This document shows positions 17,771 to 27,758 of a stretch of 64,000 nt of DNA, piece after piece. Within the stretch, counting starts at the first letter, position 1, and each line of letters begins with the position of its first letter. This DNA is from a virus (Duplodnaviria > Caudoviricetes), in IMG/VR virus record IMGVR_UViG_3300013212_000061, positions 1 to 64,000 of that record. One strand, written 5' to 3'. The notes beneath the pieces were generated by a model, which did not search any database, was not told where the DNA came from, and saw only the letters and a program-made list of their open reading frames with translations. A program made the translations under genes and the position numbers.

Positions 17771-19396
17771 ATGGAATATCAAAAGAATTACTGGCTTAAT
17801 GAAGACAGTAGAACATTTTTATCTAGAGGTTATATCACAGAATCTCCAGAGCAGCGAATTAAAGATGTAGCAAATACCGCAGAAAGAGACTTAAAAATTG
17901 AAGGATTTGCAAAAAAGTTTGAGGACTATATGACTAGAGGATTCTATAGTTTATCAACTCCAGTTTGGATTAATTATGGAAAAGACAAGGGACTTCCGGT
18001 TAGTTGTTATGGAAGTAACGTAGATGATACTTTAGATAGTATCTTAAATGGAAGTAGAGAAGTTGGAATGATGTCAAAATACGGAGGAGGAACTTCGGCA
18101 TTTTTAGGAAACATCAGGGCAAGAGGTACTAAAATTTCAACAGGTGGAACTGCAGATGGTCCAGTACATTATGCCAGATTATACGATACAACAGTTGATG
18201 TATGCAAACAATCAGAGGCCAGAAGAGGCGCATGTGCAGTTTGGTTACCAGTAGAACACAATGACATTCTAGAATTTTTAGATATCGGAACCGATGGTAA
18301 TCCAATTCAAAACCTACAATATGGTGTTACTGTCACCGACGCTTGGATTGCTGAGATGAAAGCAGGAGACGCAGATAAACGTAAAATCTGGGCTAAAATA
18401 ATCCAAAGACGTAATGAGTTTGGTTTTCCTTACATTATGTTTAAGGACAATACCAATAACAATTCGCCATATAAAGAATTGGGACTTGAAATTACCGCAA
18501 GTAACCTTTGTAGTGAAATTCAATTACCAACAGACAGTTTTAATTCATTTGTTTGTTGTTTAGGTTCTATCAATTTATTACATTGGGAAGAAATTAAAGA
18601 GACTGATGCAATCGAAGTTTATGTTCAGTTCTTAAACGCAGTTATGGACGAATTCGTCAACAAGTCTTATAATATGCCTGGAATGAAAAGAGCATGGAGA
18701 TTTGCAAATGACCACAGATCGTTAGGTCTTGGAGTATTGGGTTATCATTCACTATTTCAGGCTAAATTAATTAGCTTTGATTCACTTCAAGCAAAACAAT
18801 TAAACCATGAAATCTTTTCAACAATAAAAGAACGTAGCGAGGCGGCTTCAAGATGGTTGCACGATGAGAAAGGTTACCGTTCAATCCGTCCAGGTTATGC
18901 AAACACTACCCTAGTTGCGATTGCTCCTACAAAAAGTAGTTCATTTATCCTAGGACAGGTAAGTATGGGAATTGAACCAATCAAATCTAATTATTTTATT
19001 AAAGATTTGGCCAAGTCAAAAACAATTTATAAGAACCCTTTCTTAATTCAAGAGCTGGACAAATATGGTTTAAATACACCAGATGTTTGGGAAGGAATCT
19101 TAAAACGTGACGGGAGTGTACAACATTTAGACTTTCCAACTAAAGAGGTTTTTAAATCTTTTGTTGAAATCAGTCCAAAGGAAATAGTACTACAAGCGGC
19201 TCAAAGACAACAATTTATTGACCAATCACAGTCACTAAATTTAATGATACATCCATCAGTTTCGGCTAAGGACATTAATACACTATACCTTTACGCACAT
19301 GAGGAAGGGGTTAAAACCCTATACTATCAATTTAGTCAAAGTTCAGCCCAGTCTTTTGCAAGAGACATTCTTGAATGCACAAGCTGCGAGGCGTAA
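17771..19396 (+). CDS. nrdA: Class I ribonucleotide reductase alpha subunit (no ATP-cone)
   Basis: PVSC, GGGT, RRGA, SNLCSEI, APTKSSS, KTLYY, C-terminal CTSCEA. Confidence 0.92.
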   Translation: MEYQKNYWLNEDSRTFLSRGYITESPEQRIKDVANTAERDLKIEGFAKKFEDYMTRGFYSLSTPVWINYGKDKGLPVSCYGSNVDDTLDSILNGSREVGMMSKYGGGTSAFLGNIRARGTKISTGGTADGPVHYARLYDTTVDVCKQSEARRGACAVWLPVEHNDILEFLDIGTDGNPIQNLQYGVTVTDAWIAEMKAGDADKRKIWAKIIQRRNEFGFPYIMFKDNTNNNSPYKELGLEITASNLCSEIQLPTDSFNSFVCCLGSINLLHWEEIKETDAIEVYVQFLNAVMDEFVNKSYNMPGMKRAWRFANDHRSLGLGVLGYHSLFQAKLISFDSLQAKQLNHEIFSTIKERSEAASRWLHDEKGYRSIRPGYANTTLVAIAPTKSSSFILGQVSMGIEPIKSNYFIKDLAKSKTIYKNPFLIQELDKYGLNTPDVWEGILKRDGSVQHLDFPTKEVFKSFVEISPKEIVLQAAQRQQFIDQSQSLNLMIHPSVSAKDINTLYLYAHEEGVKTLYYQFSQSSAQSFARDILECTSCEA

Positions 19397-19455
19397 GAAA
19401 CCGGCAATCTGAAACATGATTGCATTTTAGGACCGGGACTAGTTCACGGAGGTGT

Positions 19456-19487
19456 AAAGCAGGGAATTCGCTACTCCCTGCTTTTTT
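19456..19487 (+). terminator. Intrinsic terminator
   Basis: AAAGCAGGGA/TCCCTGCTTT + T run. Confidence 0.75.
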
Positions 19488-19534
19488 ATGTTTAAAATCT
19501 AGGGATATATAAATAAAATAAAAATCTTTTGCAA

Positions 19535-20617
19535 ATGATTCCAATCAAGCTTTTCGAAGAATTCTTATACGAAGAAAATCTTAAAAACAAATACGCTAAG
19601 AAAGTGGCATGGATTATGAAGTCTCATGATATTCATGCAACTTCAGGCGATGTTAATGGCCGCGAAAAGAAATACAATATCGCCGCTAAAGGTAACCTAT
19701 TCTTAAACTATGCAACCAAAGAGGACTTTAAAGATGATGCAGTTGTAGTACCTGGAAATGTTCCAATACTTAATTATGGAGGAGCAGTAGACCCGGAGGC
19801 TATTGGATTCTTAAAGAATAAAGGAATCAACAATGATAATCTATACAACAAAAGAGAATTACTTCCACTATCAGGAGACAAGATAAAATTTGCTAAAGCA
19901 GCCGCAAAATTTGATTGGCTTCCAAAAACAGTTTTTACAAAAGAGGATGCCATTAAAGGAGACGTTGGTTTCCCGGTAATTGCAAAAATAAAAGATGGAC
20001 ACAGTGGAGTTGGAATTCAAAGGTTTGACACCGCCAAAGAATTAGAAGAGAGCAAAGATACATTCGATATCTTTTGTCAATTTATAGATTTTGCAAGAGA
20101 ATATAGAGTAATGTTTTGTAGAGACAAGATATTTGTTATCAACGAAAGAGTACCTAGAATTGAGGACGACCGTTCAATCAAAACTAAAACTGCCGATGAA
20201 AAAATCAGTTTTACTTATGTTTATCAAGACAGAAAGAAAGTTGACCCTGAATTTATTGAAAATGTGTTATCAATTTGCAAAGACGTTAAAACATTCTTAG
20301 ACCTAGACTTATGGGCCCTAGATATTGTAGTAGATAAAAAGGGTAAAATGTGGATTATGGAAACATCATCTGCTACCGGACTTGGAAGTGTTAAAATGTG
20401 CGAAGTTTATAAGGCAATGTATGAAGATTTTTACGGAGAAGCAATAGATGACGAATTCTTAGAGGACATTTACCTAAAATACGTAGTTCCTGGACATCAA
20501 AATTATTACCCAAAATTTAAAAAAGAAATCGATTCATCACAATGGCCGATGGATTACAAAATATTGACTGATCCGAAAGCAAAAGATGGATATAGATATT
20601 TTTTTAATTTAGATTAA
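19535..20617 (+). CDS. RimK-like ATP-grasp ligase with capsid-targeting-like N-terminus
   Basis: DKIKF, FPVIAK..DGHSGVG, QFID..REYRV, ALDIV, WIMETSSATG; starts MIPIKLFEEFLYEE behind late promoter 19504. Confidence 0.75.
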   Translation: MIPIKLFEEFLYEENLKNKYAKKVAWIMKSHDIHATSGDVNGREKKYNIAAKGNLFLNYATKEDFKDDAVVVPGNVPILNYGGAVDPEAIGFLKNKGINNDNLYNKRELLPLSGDKIKFAKAAAKFDWLPKTVFTKEDAIKGDVGFPVIAKIKDGHSGVGIQRFDTAKELEESKDTFDIFCQFIDFAREYRVMFCRDKIFVINERVPRIEDDRSIKTKTADEKISFTYVYQDRKKVDPEFIENVLSICKDVKTFLDLDLWALDIVVDKKGKMWIMETSSATGLGSVKMCEVYKAMYEDFYGEAIDDEFLEDIYLKYVVPGHQNYYPKFKKEIDSSQWPMDYKILTDPKAKDGYRYFFNLD

Positions 20618-20618
20618 T

Positions 20619-21677
20619 ATGAAAACAGGAATATTTAAAACATCGCTAAAGGAAAACGAAAAACGAATTCCAATCCACCCAGCCCATATTGAAAGGCTAT
20701 CCGGAGAAATAATTAAAGAACTCTTATTTGAAGAGGGATATGGAGATGACTATGGCTATTCAGACTCTCAACTCGAACAAATGGGTTGCAAGTTTGCCAG
20801 TCGTGCGGATCTTTTTAAAGAGTGCAACATAATTATATTACCAAAACCACTCGCTGAAGACCTAAAACAAATACAGGATGGTGCAACTCTATGCGGTTGG
20901 ACCCATGCAGTTCAACAGAGGGACATTACAGACATTGCTATCGAAAAAGGGTTAACACTTATTGCTTGGGAAGAGATGAACAGTGTTTCCAAAAACCAAA
21001 AGTTGCATACATTCTATCGGAACAATGAACTTGCTGGATACGCTGGCGTTATACATTACCTACAATTAGCAGGTCTTGATGGACACTATGGAGACCGTAA
21101 GAAGGTTGTTATTTTTGGATTTGGTTCTGTAAGTAAAGGAGCAATCTATGCCCTACAGGGTAGAGGTTTTAATAACATTACCGTTTATACTCAAAGACCT
21201 ACACACTTAGTTGCCGACAAAAATCCTGACGTCTGGTACAAAAACTTTAATGACGATGACGTTTGGGAAGACATGTATTCTGCCAATATTATATTTAATG
21301 GAGTCTTACAGGATGTAAATAATCCACTAATGTTTATTAAAGATTTGAATCAATTGGATCAACTACGCAGAAACTGCGCAATTATCGATATCAGTTGTGA
21401 CAGGGGAATGGGATTCTTTTTTGCAGAACCTACATCATTTGAAAATCCAATTATAAAATTAAGAAGAGGGATACAGTACTATTCAGTCGATCATACTCCA
21501 ACATACTTATGGAATGCAGCATCTAGAGAAATCTCTGCCGCGCTTGTACCTTACTTAGATACTATAATAGAACCTCAAAAATGGAAAGACAATCCAGTTA
21601 TTAATGCTTCTATCGATATTGCATGTGGAACTATTATTAATCAAAACATAAACAAATTTCAAAAAAGGAATATATAA
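20619..21677 (+). CDS. ceo: N5-(carboxyethyl)ornithine synthase-like opine dehydrogenase (AlaDH/PNT fold)
   Basis: KENEKRIPIHP, FEEGYG, GWTHAVQ, IAWEEM, NNELAGY, GFGSVSKGA, IDISCD, VDHTP. Confidence 0.75.
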   Translation: MKTGIFKTSLKENEKRIPIHPAHIERLSGEIIKELLFEEGYGDDYGYSDSQLEQMGCKFASRADLFKECNIIILPKPLAEDLKQIQDGATLCGWTHAVQQRDITDIAIEKGLTLIAWEEMNSVSKNQKLHTFYRNNELAGYAGVIHYLQLAGLDGHYGDRKKVVIFGFGSVSKGAIYALQGRGFNNITVYTQRPTHLVADKNPDVWYKNFNDDDVWEDMYSANIIFNGVLQDVNNPLMFIKDLNQLDQLRRNCAIIDISCDRGMGFFFAEPTSFENPIIKLRRGIQYYSVDHTPTYLWNAASREISAALVPYLDTIIEPQKWKDNPVINASIDIACGTIINQNINKFQKRNI

Positions 21678-21700
21678 ATAAAAAAAAATAAAAAACGATA

Positions 21701-22144
21701 ATAAAACACATTAAACTATACGAAGAATTTGTAAACGAAGACTTAGGAATAATTGACATTGCATTAGGAGCCGCAGTTGGAGTTGCAGGTCTATTGGCAT
21801 TAGTTCAAGGTTTACCGGTAGTAGGTAGGGTTCTTGGAGATGCTGCTGAAGCATTAGCAAATAGGACTGAAGCAAAAGCTAAGCAAGCAGCAAAAGGTAA
21901 AAGAAAAGAATTAATTGGAGAAATCATTAAGAAATTTGAAGGAGATACAAAACTTAAACAAATGTATCAAGACTTGCCTGAGTATGGCGCAATGGGAAGT
22001 AGTCAAAAAACACTTAAAGCCAATAGTGAAAGAAGAAACCAATTAACAACAATCGGAAATTATATTAAATCTAAACTAACACAAGAGGAAATGGAATACT
22101 TTACCGATATTTCTTCTATGCTAAGAACTGGAGACGTAAGATAA
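21701..22144 (+). CDS. Putative head-packaged membrane-active protein with ATA or lost start codon
   Basis: In-frame extension of ORF 21794: (I)KHIKLYEEFVNEDLGIIDIALGAAVGVAGLLAL...; in-frame stop at 21689 and no ATG. Confidence 0.55.
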   Translation: MKHIKLYEEFVNEDLGIIDIALGAAVGVAGLLALVQGLPVVGRVLGDAAEALANRTEAKAKQAAKGKRKELIGEIIKKFEGDTKLKQMYQDLPEYGAMGSSQKTLKANSERRNQLTTIGNYIKSKLTQEEMEYFTDISSMLRTGDVR

Positions 22145-22161
22145 AAATATCATTTAATGTA

Positions 22162-22254
22162 ATGGACCCAGCGCCAAATTGCCTACCCTTCTTTATTGGA
22201 ATAATTGGTATATTTTTTATAGTCATGATACTTAATGAATTTAAAAAAAATTAA
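22162..22254 (+). CDS. 30-aa single-TM peptide
   Basis: MDPAPNCLPFFIGIIGIFFIVMILNEFKKN. Confidence 0.4.
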   Translation: MDPAPNCLPFFIGIIGIFFIVMILNEFKKN

Positions 22255-22305
22255 ATAATTAACCTCTCCTCAGGATAGAATCGGAGGACCGACTCATACG
22301 AGTTT

Positions 22306-22332
22306 AACCTGTCAGTAATGGCAGGTTTTTTT
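22306..22332 (+). terminator. Intrinsic terminator
   Basis: AACCTGTCA/TGGCAGGTT + T run. Confidence 0.7.
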
Positions 22333-22388
22333 ATGTGAAACAAAACCCCCTTTTTGTCTATAATACTTAAATAATTTAAACACTAAAT

Positions 22389-23144
22389 ATGAAAATTAAA
22401 ATTGACAAAGTAGACCAAAACAATTTCATCGGTTTTGTGAATAGACTTAAGGTTATAGATACCTTTATCTACTTTAAAATCAAGGATGAAGTGGTACAGG
22501 CATCCGCCTATCTTCCACAAAGAGATGCTGTTAAACATCACAGAATTCCAGTGTCGCAAGTATTCCAATTAGAAGACGGTGCTATTAACACATCAAAAGA
22601 ATTAAAAATTGCCTTCTTTGATGCTGGTCGTTTAACTGACGCATTTAAACAATTTGAATTTGGAAACATCCAAGCTGAAATTGAATTCGTAGAAAATGAC
22701 GAGGATTTCGTAGCAACTGAGTTCCGTATTTTCAACAATGAATTGGAAATTAAACTTGCATGTTCTGAGCCTTCATTAGGTTATAAAGACCTTACAGATG
22801 CTCAAATTGCAGGAATCTTTAATATTGACGCAGCAAACTATGTATTTGACATGGATTATACTGCAACTTCAAAAGTTCGTTCTCTTTTTGGATTGGACAA
22901 AGAAGAAACTTTCACTATCTCAACTAATGCAGAAGGTGTCCGAATGAAAGGTAAAACTTACAACTACCTTGTAACCGATTCATTCCAAGGAACCAATCCT
23001 GGAAATGTAACTCTTTTCAAAAAATATTTAAACCTATTAGACAAAGAAGATTATTCAGCAAATGTTATGGATAACCGAGTAGTATTACGCTCAAAAGATT
23101 CAGAAACATTACTAACTATCGCTACTTGCCAAACAGCTGAATAA
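22389..23144 (+). CDS. Probable sliding clamp (gp45/PCNA-like)
   Basis: About 250 aa, acidic alpha/beta pattern, directly before the polymerase C-subunit. Confidence 0.5.
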   Translation: MKIKIDKVDQNNFIGFVNRLKVIDTFIYFKIKDEVVQASAYLPQRDAVKHHRIPVSQVFQLEDGAINTSKELKIAFFDAGRLTDAFKQFEFGNIQAEIEFVENDEDFVATEFRIFNNELEIKLACSEPSLGYKDLTDAQIAGIFNIDAANYVFDMDYTATSKVRSLFGLDKEETFTISTNAEGVRMKGKTYNYLVTDSFQGTNPGNVTLFKKYLNLLDKEDYSANVMDNRVVLRSKDSETLLTIATCQTAE

Positions 23145-23147
23145 TTT

Positions 23148-24344
23148 ATGACAATCGAAGAACTAATACTAAAACCAGAGAGTGATTTATCACAAGATGA
23201 AATTAAAACATTGGTTGAGCATTATTCTATGTTGTCAGCAAAGTTTGGAGCCTATGAACAAGCAGTAAAAGTAATGCTTAACTCGATCTATGGCGCCTTC
23301 GGTAACAAATGGTTTCACTTTTTTAATATAGACATCGCAGAATCTATTACCCTACAGGGACAGTCTGCGATTCTATATTCTGAGAAGATACTAAATAAGT
23401 ATTTTCAAGAGTTTTGGACTAAAGACAAGGCAGTTCATGAGTTTTTTAACATTCAAGTTAAAAATAAACTTGTGCGACCTTCAGTAGTCTATATTGATAC
23501 CGATTCTTGTTATGTACAGTTTGAAGAGATGTATGAATCTATTGAATGGCTTGGAGACAAGATATCGATTGACCAATTCATTATGAAATTGTATAACTTT
23601 AGACTTAAAGATTATATTTTTAAGTGTATGGAGAAATATGCAGAAGCCACTAATACTGAAAACTTCCTCCAGTTTGAATTGGAAACGATTGCCTACTCTG
23701 GAATTTGGTTAGCTAAGAAAAAATACCTGCAAAATATTGCTTGGGAAGATAAAATTGGAATTGAAGAACGTTACCCTTCACTTAAGAAGGTTAAAACTAT
23801 TGGTTTTGATACAATTCAAAGTTCAACACCAGCTCTTGCAAGAAAGCAGTTGACCGATATTCTTAAATTGATTCTTTCAGAAAAACCTACAGCGTCCCTA
23901 TTAAAAAGACTAGTAGATTATTTGAAACAATGTAAAAAAGAATTCCAATTAGCAAGTGTTGATGAGATATGTTTTAATAAAAGAACTAACAATATCGAAA
24001 AATATATTGTAGATGATACGGTAGAATTTCAATATGGTTTAAAATGTCCACCAAACGTTAAAGCTGCAGGATTTTATAATTTCTTAATGAATCAAAATCC
24101 AAAGTTCAAGAACAAGTATAAGATGATTGGTAATGGTGAAAAGCTAAAACTATATCATTGTAAACATGGGACATGTGAAATATTTGCATACCAACCAGGA
24201 GCTCATCCTTATGAAATTGCCCCTCAAGTTGACTATGAAACACAATTCGAAAAGAGTGTTATAGATCCATTGAACCGGGTTCTTACCGCAGTTGGTTTAC
24301 ATACACTAAATAGAAACTTAATTTATTCAACTTCATTATTTTAA
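23148..24344 (+). CDS. gp43B: Family B DNA polymerase, C-terminal subunit (motifs B, C, thumb)
   Basis: QAVKVMLNSIYGAFGN, ITLQGQ, YIDTDS, KKKY, C-terminal SLF. Confidence 0.9.
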   Translation: MTIEELILKPESDLSQDEIKTLVEHYSMLSAKFGAYEQAVKVMLNSIYGAFGNKWFHFFNIDIAESITLQGQSAILYSEKILNKYFQEFWTKDKAVHEFFNIQVKNKLVRPSVVYIDTDSCYVQFEEMYESIEWLGDKISIDQFIMKLYNFRLKDYIFKCMEKYAEATNTENFLQFELETIAYSGIWLAKKKYLQNIAWEDKIGIEERYPSLKKVKTIGFDTIQSSTPALARKQLTDILKLILSEKPTASLLKRLVDYLKQCKKEFQLASVDEICFNKRTNNIEKYIVDDTVEFQYGLKCPPNVKAAGFYNFLMNQNPKFKNKYKMIGNGEKLKLYHCKHGTCEIFAYQPGAHPYEIAPQVDYETQFEKSVIDPLNRVLTAVGLHTLNRNLIYSTSLF

Positions 24345-24345
24345 T

Positions 24346-24537
24346 ATGGATATAGATATCGATGACTTAACATCAGACCAAAAATACTACGTCAATCAAT
24401 ACAAGAGAATTAATTCTAGACTAGAATCTCTTATGGCGCAAATGGCAATAATACAAAAGGAAACTAAAGGACTAATAGAGGAACTTGAAGACCTTAGAAA
24501 AAAAGAAACAAAACAATACAAAAATGGCAAAAAATAG
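24346..24537 (+). CDS. Small coiled-coil hypothetical protein
   Basis: Tightly packed ORF in the replication operon. Confidence 0.55.
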   Translation: MDIDIDDLTSDQKYYVNQYKRINSRLESLMAQMAIIQKETKGLIEELEDLRKKETKQYKNGKK

Positions 24538-25642
24538 ATTTACATTTGACGATTTAAACGCAGAACTTGCAGGATTAAATCCACTAGGTTCTGTTATGGA
24601 TAAATCAGACTTTTCGGAAGTTACTGAATGGATTCATACTGGAAACTATCATTTAAACGCATGTCTGTCTGGGGATTTATTTGGTGGATGGCCAAATAAT
24701 AGGTCTTGCTCGATTGCTGGACCATCAGGAACAGGTAAAACTTTCTTGACACTGAATTCAGTTCGAGAGGCAATCAACATGGGTTATTACGTAATCTATT
24801 ATGATTCAGAAGCTGCAGTTGACAAAGACCAAATGGTAAAATTTGGTATTGATGTAACTAAAGTAAACTACCAACCTGTAAATACAGTACAGGCATTTAG
24901 AACTTCGGTAACCTCAATTACCCAAAAAATGCAAGAGGTTAAAAGAAAAGGTGGAGAGATTCAAAAGATTATGATTATCTTAGATAGTGCCGGTAACCTT
25001 GCAACACAAAAAGAAATTGATGATGCTGCAACTGGAAGTGAGAAGGCAGATATGACACGTTCTAAAATGTTAAAGTCAATCTTTAGAATTATCATGACGC
25101 CATTGGCTGACTTAAAGATCCCGTTCTTATTTACAAATCACACATACCAAACCCAAGATTTCATCTCACGTCAGGTTGCCGGAGGTGGTACTGGACCAGA
25201 GTATGCCGCTTCAATAGTTCTTATGTTAAATAAGGCGCAATTGAAAGATGGTGATAAAAAAGTTGGTATCGTTGTAACCGCCAAGCCTGACAAGAATCGT
25301 TTCGCAAAACCCCACCCAATTAAATTCCACCTCGACTTTACTAAAGGTATGAATCCTTACGTTGGATTAGAACAATATGCTACATGGGATATTTGTGGAA
25401 TCACAAGAGGTTCTATTGAAAAGGGTGTTAAAACTCCTAAATCAACTGCAAGAGGATGGATTTGTAAACACCTTGATGAGACTGTTTCTAATGCAGAATT
25501 CTTTACTGAAAAGGTATTTACAAGAGAGGTGCTTGAACAAATTAATGAGTACCTTAAGCCAATTTTTAATTATAATACTTCGGCTGAAACTCTTAATAAT
25601 GAAATTGGAGACTTATTAAACGAGGACTTAGATACTGAATAA
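24524..25642 (+). CDS. uvsX: UvsX/RecA-like recombinase
   Basis: GPSGTGKT, YYDSEAA, ILDSAGNL, NHTY, GGGTGPEYAAS, KNRF; likely ATG 24524. Confidence 0.9.
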   Translation: MAKNRFTFDDLNAELAGLNPLGSVMDKSDFSEVTEWIHTGNYHLNACLSGDLFGGWPNNRSCSIAGPSGTGKTFLTLNSVREAINMGYYVIYYDSEAAVDKDQMVKFGIDVTKVNYQPVNTVQAFRTSVTSITQKMQEVKRKGGEIQKIMIILDSAGNLATQKEIDDAATGSEKADMTRSKMLKSIFRIIMTPLADLKIPFLFTNHTYQTQDFISRQVAGGGTGPEYAASIVLMLNKAQLKDGDKKVGIVVTAKPDKNRFAKPHPIKFHLDFTKGMNPYVGLEQYATWDICGITRGSIEKGVKTPKSTARGWICKHLDETVSNAEFFTEKVFTREVLEQINEYLKPIFNYNTSAETLNNEIGDLLNEDLDTE

Positions 25643-25643
25643 T

Positions 25644-25955
25644 ATGGAAGTGAATCTTAATCGACTAGATGAAGACAAACTACCCATTAAATATATTTTA
25701 GGCATCCATGAACAACTAGAAAGTTTTCCGGATGCCTTTGATATTATACATGTTTATGTTGTCGAAACTATGAAAAAACCAGACCGACCACGAATCAATT
25801 TTACAAAACACTCATTGATGACATATCATGCATGCGGTAATATTGAAAATGCGGAGAAAGGTTTAGAACAGGCAATTGGCCTAGGTTTAATTGAGCAAAC
25901 CCATTTTGAAGATGGAAAAGAAACATACAAAATATTAATGAACCCGTTCCAATAA
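25644..25955 (+). CDS. Hypothetical protein
   Basis: ORF packed between uvsX and the helicase. Confidence 0.6.
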   Translation: MEVNLNRLDEDKLPIKYILGIHEQLESFPDAFDIIHVYVVETMKKPDRPRINFTKHSLMTYHACGNIENAEKGLEQAIGLGLIEQTHFEDGKETYKILMNPFQ

Positions 25956-25995
25956 GAAACTTTACCCCAAACAGGCTTATAATCTAAAAAAATAT

Positions 25996-27309
25996 ATGAA
26001 ATTCGGACAAGATTTTGAAAAAATATTCTTTAAGTTATCTTTGGCAAAACCAAAGTACTTAGAAAAAATACATAAAGGTTTTTATACTTCAGATGAAATA
26101 GATACGATGCACTTTTTAGCAACGAAGTTCTATGAGAAATTCCATGAAGCGCCAAAAGCAGATCAGATGAAAATCCTTTCTCAAAGTCCTAAATTTAAAG
26201 GAAAAGTAGATGAGAATATTATTGAATTGGTTTATAAAACGGACCTTACCCAATATGATGATGAATGGTTAGTTTCTACTGCTGAAGCCTGGATTAAATG
26301 GAGAACATTCGATACTACTTTAATAGACACTATTGAGTATATTAAAACAACTGAAGTTACTCCAGAGAATGCTGATTCAATCATCTCAAAAGTTAAAAGT
26401 TTAATTAATGACCGAAATTCAATTGTATTTAACTCAGATATTGGATTAGATTTCTTTAATGCAGGAGACCACTATCAAGAGGGTAGAGCTAAATTTTCAA
26501 CTGGATATAACTTTTTAGACCGATTACTTTCCGGAGGTTATGACAAAGATGGTTCATTAATAGTTTATGTTGGAGAACAAAATATCGGTAAGTCTATTTT
26601 CTTAGCAAATGATGCCGCAAATTTTGTTAAAATGGGAGTTAACACTGCATTTGTTTCAGCAGAGATGGCAGCTCATAAAGTTCTTAAAAGAATTGGAGCA
26701 AACCTACTTACAATTCCAATGAATGAATATGATGCAAAAGCCCAAAATAAAGACTTGATTAAAAGAAAGCTTGAAAATGTAGGTGATGGTTTAACACCAC
26801 CTGGAAATCTTTTTGTAAAACAATTTCCAACATCTCAAGCTACCGTACCAGATATTGAAGCCCATCTAAAACAAATCGAAGAGGAACGTAAAATAAAACT
26901 AGGAGCTATTGTTATTGACTATATAAATATCCTAGCAAATTATAGAAATCCAAACTCTGAAAATATGTACCTTAAAATCAAGCAAATTGCTGAAGATTTA
27001 CGTGCAATGGGAGTAAGAAATAATTGGTTGATAGTTACTGCAACACAGATTAATCGAAATAATTATAATTCAAGTGATATTGGAATGGGAGATGTTGCAG
27101 AATCCGCAGGACTTTCACATACCGCAGATTTAATGCTTGGAATTATTCAAGATGATATTATGCGAGCATCATTTGAATATTGGCTTAAAGTCTTAAAAAT
27201 TAGAGATGGTGAAGGTAAGGGTGTTAAATGCCGATTAGATATTAATTATCAATATATGAGACTTACCGAAACAGATGACGTTACAAATTCAAACATACAC
27301 AACTTATAA
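25996..27309 (+). CDS. gp41: DnaB-like replicative helicase
   Basis: GEQNIGKS, SAEM, IDYINI, TATQINR, AESAG, KIRDG. Confidence 0.9.
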   Translation: MKFGQDFEKIFFKLSLAKPKYLEKIHKGFYTSDEIDTMHFLATKFYEKFHEAPKADQMKILSQSPKFKGKVDENIIELVYKTDLTQYDDEWLVSTAEAWIKWRTFDTTLIDTIEYIKTTEVTPENADSIISKVKSLINDRNSIVFNSDIGLDFFNAGDHYQEGRAKFSTGYNFLDRLLSGGYDKDGSLIVYVGEQNIGKSIFLANDAANFVKMGVNTAFVSAEMAAHKVLKRIGANLLTIPMNEYDAKAQNKDLIKRKLENVGDGLTPPGNLFVKQFPTSQATVPDIEAHLKQIEEERKIKLGAIVIDYINILANYRNPNSENMYLKIKQIAEDLRAMGVRNNWLIVTATQINRNNYNSSDIGMGDVAESAGLSHTADLMLGIIQDDIMRASFEYWLKVLKIRDGEGKGVKCRLDINYQYMRLTETDDVTNSNIHNL

Positions 27310-27312
27310 AAA

Positions 27313-27756
27313 ATGAGAACACAAAGAGACAAAATATTCGACAACACATTTGCTGAGAGTGAATTTGAATTAGACAGTTCATTTTCTTTTGAAATTGCTC
27401 CAAGCTACTTAGACAATCGAGATGAAGAGGACAAAATTGAAACACAAATCATAATCACAAAGATTCATGAGTTAATTGAATCCTCAAGATTCAAACACTT
27501 CAATAACATTAATGAATTTAACGAGACTGTTAAATTAAAAAAGAATGAAATTAACGAAATCTATGAATTTATTTCAGATGAGCTCCGACCAAATCATTCA
27601 ATCATTGAAGTATTTTCAGAATTGTGTGATTACTTTAATGTTAATCCAACAAAATTCTACCAGTCACTAGGAAACAAATTTAAAGAGGAACTAATCGAGG
27701 TATTAGACAAGAAGACAAACGTACTTAAGAAAAAGCATATAAATAGATTATTCTAA
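27313..27756 (+). CDS. Hypothetical protein, possibly gp33-like late transcription co-activator
   Basis: C-terminal IIEVFSELCDYFNVNPTKFYQSLGNKFKEEL resembles the gp33 helical pattern (weak). Confidence 0.35.
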   Translation: MRTQRDKIFDNTFAESEFELDSSFSFEIAPSYLDNRDEEDKIETQIIITKIHELIESSRFKHFNNINEFNETVKLKKNEINEIYEFISDELRPNHSIIEVFSELCDYFNVNPTKFYQSLGNKFKEELIEVLDKKTNVLKKKHINRLF

Positions 27757-27758
27757 CT

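Noticed and set aside
16728-23147. Group I intron or intein explaining the split polymerase
   Set aside because: The interval holds ordinary genes with own promoters and terminators; no intein C/HN termini or intron core seen
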